A DNA stretch of 54,048 nt, counting the filler, from Sphacelaria rigidula (lineage: Eukaryota): assembly GCA_964200075.2 (NCBI GenBank). It is 2 parts of 2 records of this genome, joined end to end, with 100 filler letters (N's around TTAATTAATTAA, not from the genome) between each part and the next. Parts side by side here need not be neighbours in the genome. Positions count along the whole stretch, not along the records: positions 27,091 to 54,048 come from CAXNAA020000126.1; 1 more part is not named here. One strand, written 5' to 3'. Position numbers and translations under genes: made by a program. A model generated the notes under the pieces. That model had not been told where the DNA came from, did not search any database, and saw nothing but the letters and a program-made list of their open reading frames with translations. Shown here piece by piece: positions 51,601 to 54,048 of the stretch (its first letter is position 1; each line of letters begins with the position of its first letter).

Positions 51601-53747
51601 CCCGCAGATGACCTAGTTCACGAGCTGGGATAGCTCGTGCTATTTTGTTTTTGACGTAGCTGCCCATGAGCTATGAGAGCTACATGAGCTATGCATGTTT
51701 TCCCCGGGTGACCCACCACTCATCTGCACATGTTTTACTGCAAGTGAGCTGAAGCCCGCAGATGACGCAGAACACGAGCTGTGCGAACGTCTGACAGCTC
51801 GTGAGCTGGGCCAGCTGCGGACTTTAGCTCACTTGCAGTGAAGCGTGTGCAGACGAGTTAGGCCCGACGGCTCACCCAGGGTGAATATGAGCCGATGAGT
51901 GGTAAGTCACCCAGGGCAAACCGTATAGCTCATGTAGCTCTTATAGCTCAGGAGGCAGCTACGTCGAAAAAAAAAGCTAGCTCGAGCTTCAAGGAGCTCA
52001 TCTATCCGACGTGTGGAAAATCGGGAAGGATTCGAAGTTTGACATCTGAGACACGATGCTGTCCACCAAACAACGGTAAAGCACAATGCACAACTTGTAC
52101 CGAGGACAGTTTTTTCTCGCTGAAACGAGATACCTCAAATACCTATCGATATTCGAAGAACCTCTCACCCCATCCCTGCCTCGTCTTCCTTCAGAGGGCC
52201 AATCTCTCTTTTTTCTGTTCGGGGTCGCCCCATCCAAAGTTTTCTTCGTGCTCTTCTTGTCTCACTTTGAACCCTTCCCCCCCCCCTCCCCGGGACGAGT
52301 CCGTGGTCTCAAGAGATCAACCCATCACTCCTCGGTGCACGCCTTGTCTTCAAGTCTCGCGGATTGGGCCAGCACTCCTGGACCGCGTCAGCTCTCGTCA
52401 AACAAACTCACTCAACTATGATTTGTTGACATCACGTATTCGCGGGTTCAACGGTGGAAATCAGATACTTCGAACCCACCGCATCGGGACCGGAGCCGAT
52501 TTATCTCCATCCTAACGGTGACAGTCAGACCATTAGACCACCCGGGCGAGTCGTCATCTACAAATGAGCAATGCTACGATAGGGGTTGCACTTCTCGTTT
52601 CTGGGTCTCGTTTTTGTAGGAGCTCAAATAAATTATTGGGGCTTACTAGAGGTATCTCAAACTCGGCTCCCGGTATCCTGGTTTTCTTTGTTCTATTTTG
52701 TCCAGTGAAAGTGATGCCGATTCATCAGATGATGAGACCCTTTGACCGCCAGGTCAGGTTTCCCGTGAATCGTTATCACTTTCACTTGAAGAAATAGTAT
52801 GCAACTCAAAGCCAGCGAATAAACCAGGATACCGGGAGCCGAGTTTGAGATACGTCTTCTGTGCAACCCAAATCTCGGGGGACAGGACATGGAGATGCAC
52901 ACAGGGGCTTTTTCGTGAATCGGCATCATTTTCACCATTTTTCAAGTGAAAATGATGCCAATTCTCAAATGATCCGTGCAACACCCCGAGAAACATTTTC
53001 GCTCAAAAAGTGCAACCCTACCGTAGCATCACTCAAATCTTGCACGGTTCGGACGGATCATCTCGGAATGGGGCCGCAACCCTACCGTAGCATCACTCAA
53101 AAAGTGAAAACAAAGCCTGAAGATTGATTTATACGGTACGAATAAATCACACTAAAATCAAGTGATTTTTAGACGTATCCTAGATTCGTCCGACCCTTGA
53201 AATCTTGCCAGTCTCTCTCTCTCGAGATCTCTCGAGAGAGAGAGACAGCAAACAGGTGGGACTGCACCATACCTACGATACTGAACCCTCCACGGTTAGG
53301 ACGAATCAATACGACTACGAATCACCAAATCCACAATTTGTTCGGCCTGATTGCCCAAAAGGGAGAAAGAAGTCGATCGCTGGTCCAAGTGGTATCCACG
53401 CAACTTTTACGCCATTCCACGTGTCTGGGCTGCGTGTACCTGGGTTGCAACGCTGAAAACAAAGCCTAGGGATTGATTGATTCGTCACGAGTCGACTCGT
53501 GATAATAAAACCAAGTAATTTCCAGACGAATCATTGATTTGTCCGACCCTTTCACCTTGACTCCATCTGAAGACACCTCGTTTTTGCTTCCTCATTTGTC
53601 GTTTTACGCAGCCCAAGGAGTCGAGCGGGCACGGAGCAGGGTGTTTCGACGCCACCGGCGTCGACGGCGTCATCTTCAGAACGGCAAGATATCTTGTCGT
53701 TTGAAGGCTCAGCGGAAGAGGTCCTCCGTTATACCATCGTCGCTAAG
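41859..53747 (+). CDS. Hypothetical intrinsically disordered Ser/Pro/Arg-rich protein with polyQ/polyD/polyG/polyP tracts and a short coiled coil; continues past the window end
   Basis: Phase-consistent exon chain: 41859-43311, 44562-44712, 45559-45859, 46173-46295, 46559-46819, 48249-48374 (GC donor; alternative GT donor after 48329), 49591-49760, 50522-50815, 53612-53747. Begins with a 493-aa GC-rich ORF. SPR motifs recur in several exons, and DRIRRLEAENLRLRFRVADLEGQVSVMEDELERR looks like a coiled coil. No family recognised. Confidence 0.75.
42635..42677 (+). repeat. Coding (CAG/CAA)n microsatellite (polyQ)
   Basis: cagcagcagcaacagcagcaacag... in frame in the 41859 exon. Confidence 0.9.
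44723..45229. mobile_element. CAC-terminal TIR element, family E, copy 1
   Basis: cacatgtcggacagctcatgagct ... aattcatgagctgtccggcgggtg; the interior is homologous to the 53799 copy. Confidence 0.65.
48442..48632. mobile_element. MITE with ~34-bp TIR
   Basis: aggtcgagtagagtatactcaattgcggggtatt / aataccccacaattgagtatactctactcgacct. Confidence 0.8.
49084..49300 (-). repeat. Family A copy 4 (reverse orientation)
   Basis: tattctggacgccagtctagaccttttggtaaatgtgggcgcatcagccggggtcacacagga is the reverse complement of the family core. Confidence 0.8.
49840..50173. mobile_element. Family E copy 2 (GAGCT subrepeat subtype)
   Basis: tatacgtcggacagatcaactccctgtagctcgag ... gagctgtccggcccgtg, with internal gagctacgcatgttt repeats. 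Confidence 0.65.
51229..52017. mobile_element. Family E copy 3 (GAGCT subrepeat subtype) with long inverted arms
   Basis: tccacatgtcg...gctccctgtagctcgagctagcttttttt / aaaaaaagctagctcgagcttcaaggagc...cgacgtgtgga; AAATC directly repeated on both flanks (51224-51228, 52018-52022). Confidence 0.75.
52255..52549 (-). mobile_element. tRNA-derived SINE-like element, family B, copy 3
   Basis: On the minus strand: gcccgggTGGTCTAATGGtctgactgtcac (A-box-like), then the shared body to gatgggttgatctcttgagaccacggactcgtcccgggga...ggttcaaagtg. Confidence 0.65.
52649..52856. mobile_element. MITE family C, copy 2
   Basis: gaggtatctcaaactcggctcccggtatcctggttt ... aaaccaggataccgggagccgagtttgagatacgtc, with internal subterminal inverted repeats. 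Confidence 0.8.
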
Positions 53748-53798
53748 GTATGGGCGGGGTGGTCTGTGTTCATCAGTGATGACCGCATTGAAATATTT

Positions 53799-53975
53799 CA
53801 CACGTCGGACAGCTGACGAGCTATTCATACCTGAAGTAACTAGTCGAAGAGAACTCTTAGATCCATTGTACCAAAACACGAAACACGTGACAGCAGTGTC
53901 CGAGAAGCCAAAAGCGCTACATTCCCGCTACACGGCGTGCTCAGCGTCCATCGCTGTGGGGAGGTAATACGGAAG
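53799..53975. mobile_element. Family E copy 4 (left part; right end not seen)
   Basis: cacacgtcggacagctgacgagct ... agaagccaaaagcgctac...gtgctc...cgctgtggggag, matching 44723-44870. Confidence 0.65.
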
Positions 53976-54048
53976 TACCGTAATTGTGCGAGTCATCGCA
54001 CACCCCCTGGACCGAATTTGAAAGCTCGATTACTCGACAACAAGAAGA

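Noticed and set aside
49900..51960. GAGCT-rich repeats as CRISPR or coding repeats
   Set aside because: They are irregular subrepeats bounded by TIRs within introns.

Overview
Eukaryotic, intron-rich genomic DNA. Intron density and repeat style suggest a stramenopile, probably a brown alga (inference only). Left half (~1.3-26.6 kb, + strand): an axonemal inner-arm dynein heavy chain gene of the DNAH1 type. I could trace 49 phase-consistent exons (~3,730 aa), with two GC-AG introns, and the gene is cut off inside AAA6 by an artificial 100-nt scaffold spacer (N44-TTAATTAATTAA-N44, 26991-27090). Right half: repeat-rich DNA with several MITE families, a nested foldback structure, a tRNA-derived SINE-like family and a retroposon-tail family. 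It also holds a tentative minus-strand multi-exon gene (~37.4-40.9 kb) and a + strand gene (41859 to beyond the window end) for a disordered, SPR-motif-rich protein with a coiled coil. Four introns of that gene carry members of one CAC-terminal TIR element family. No CRISPR array, rRNA, intact tRNA or intact transposase was found. Nothing here qualifies as a clearly new biological system; the most interesting signals concern intron architecture and non-autonomous elements.
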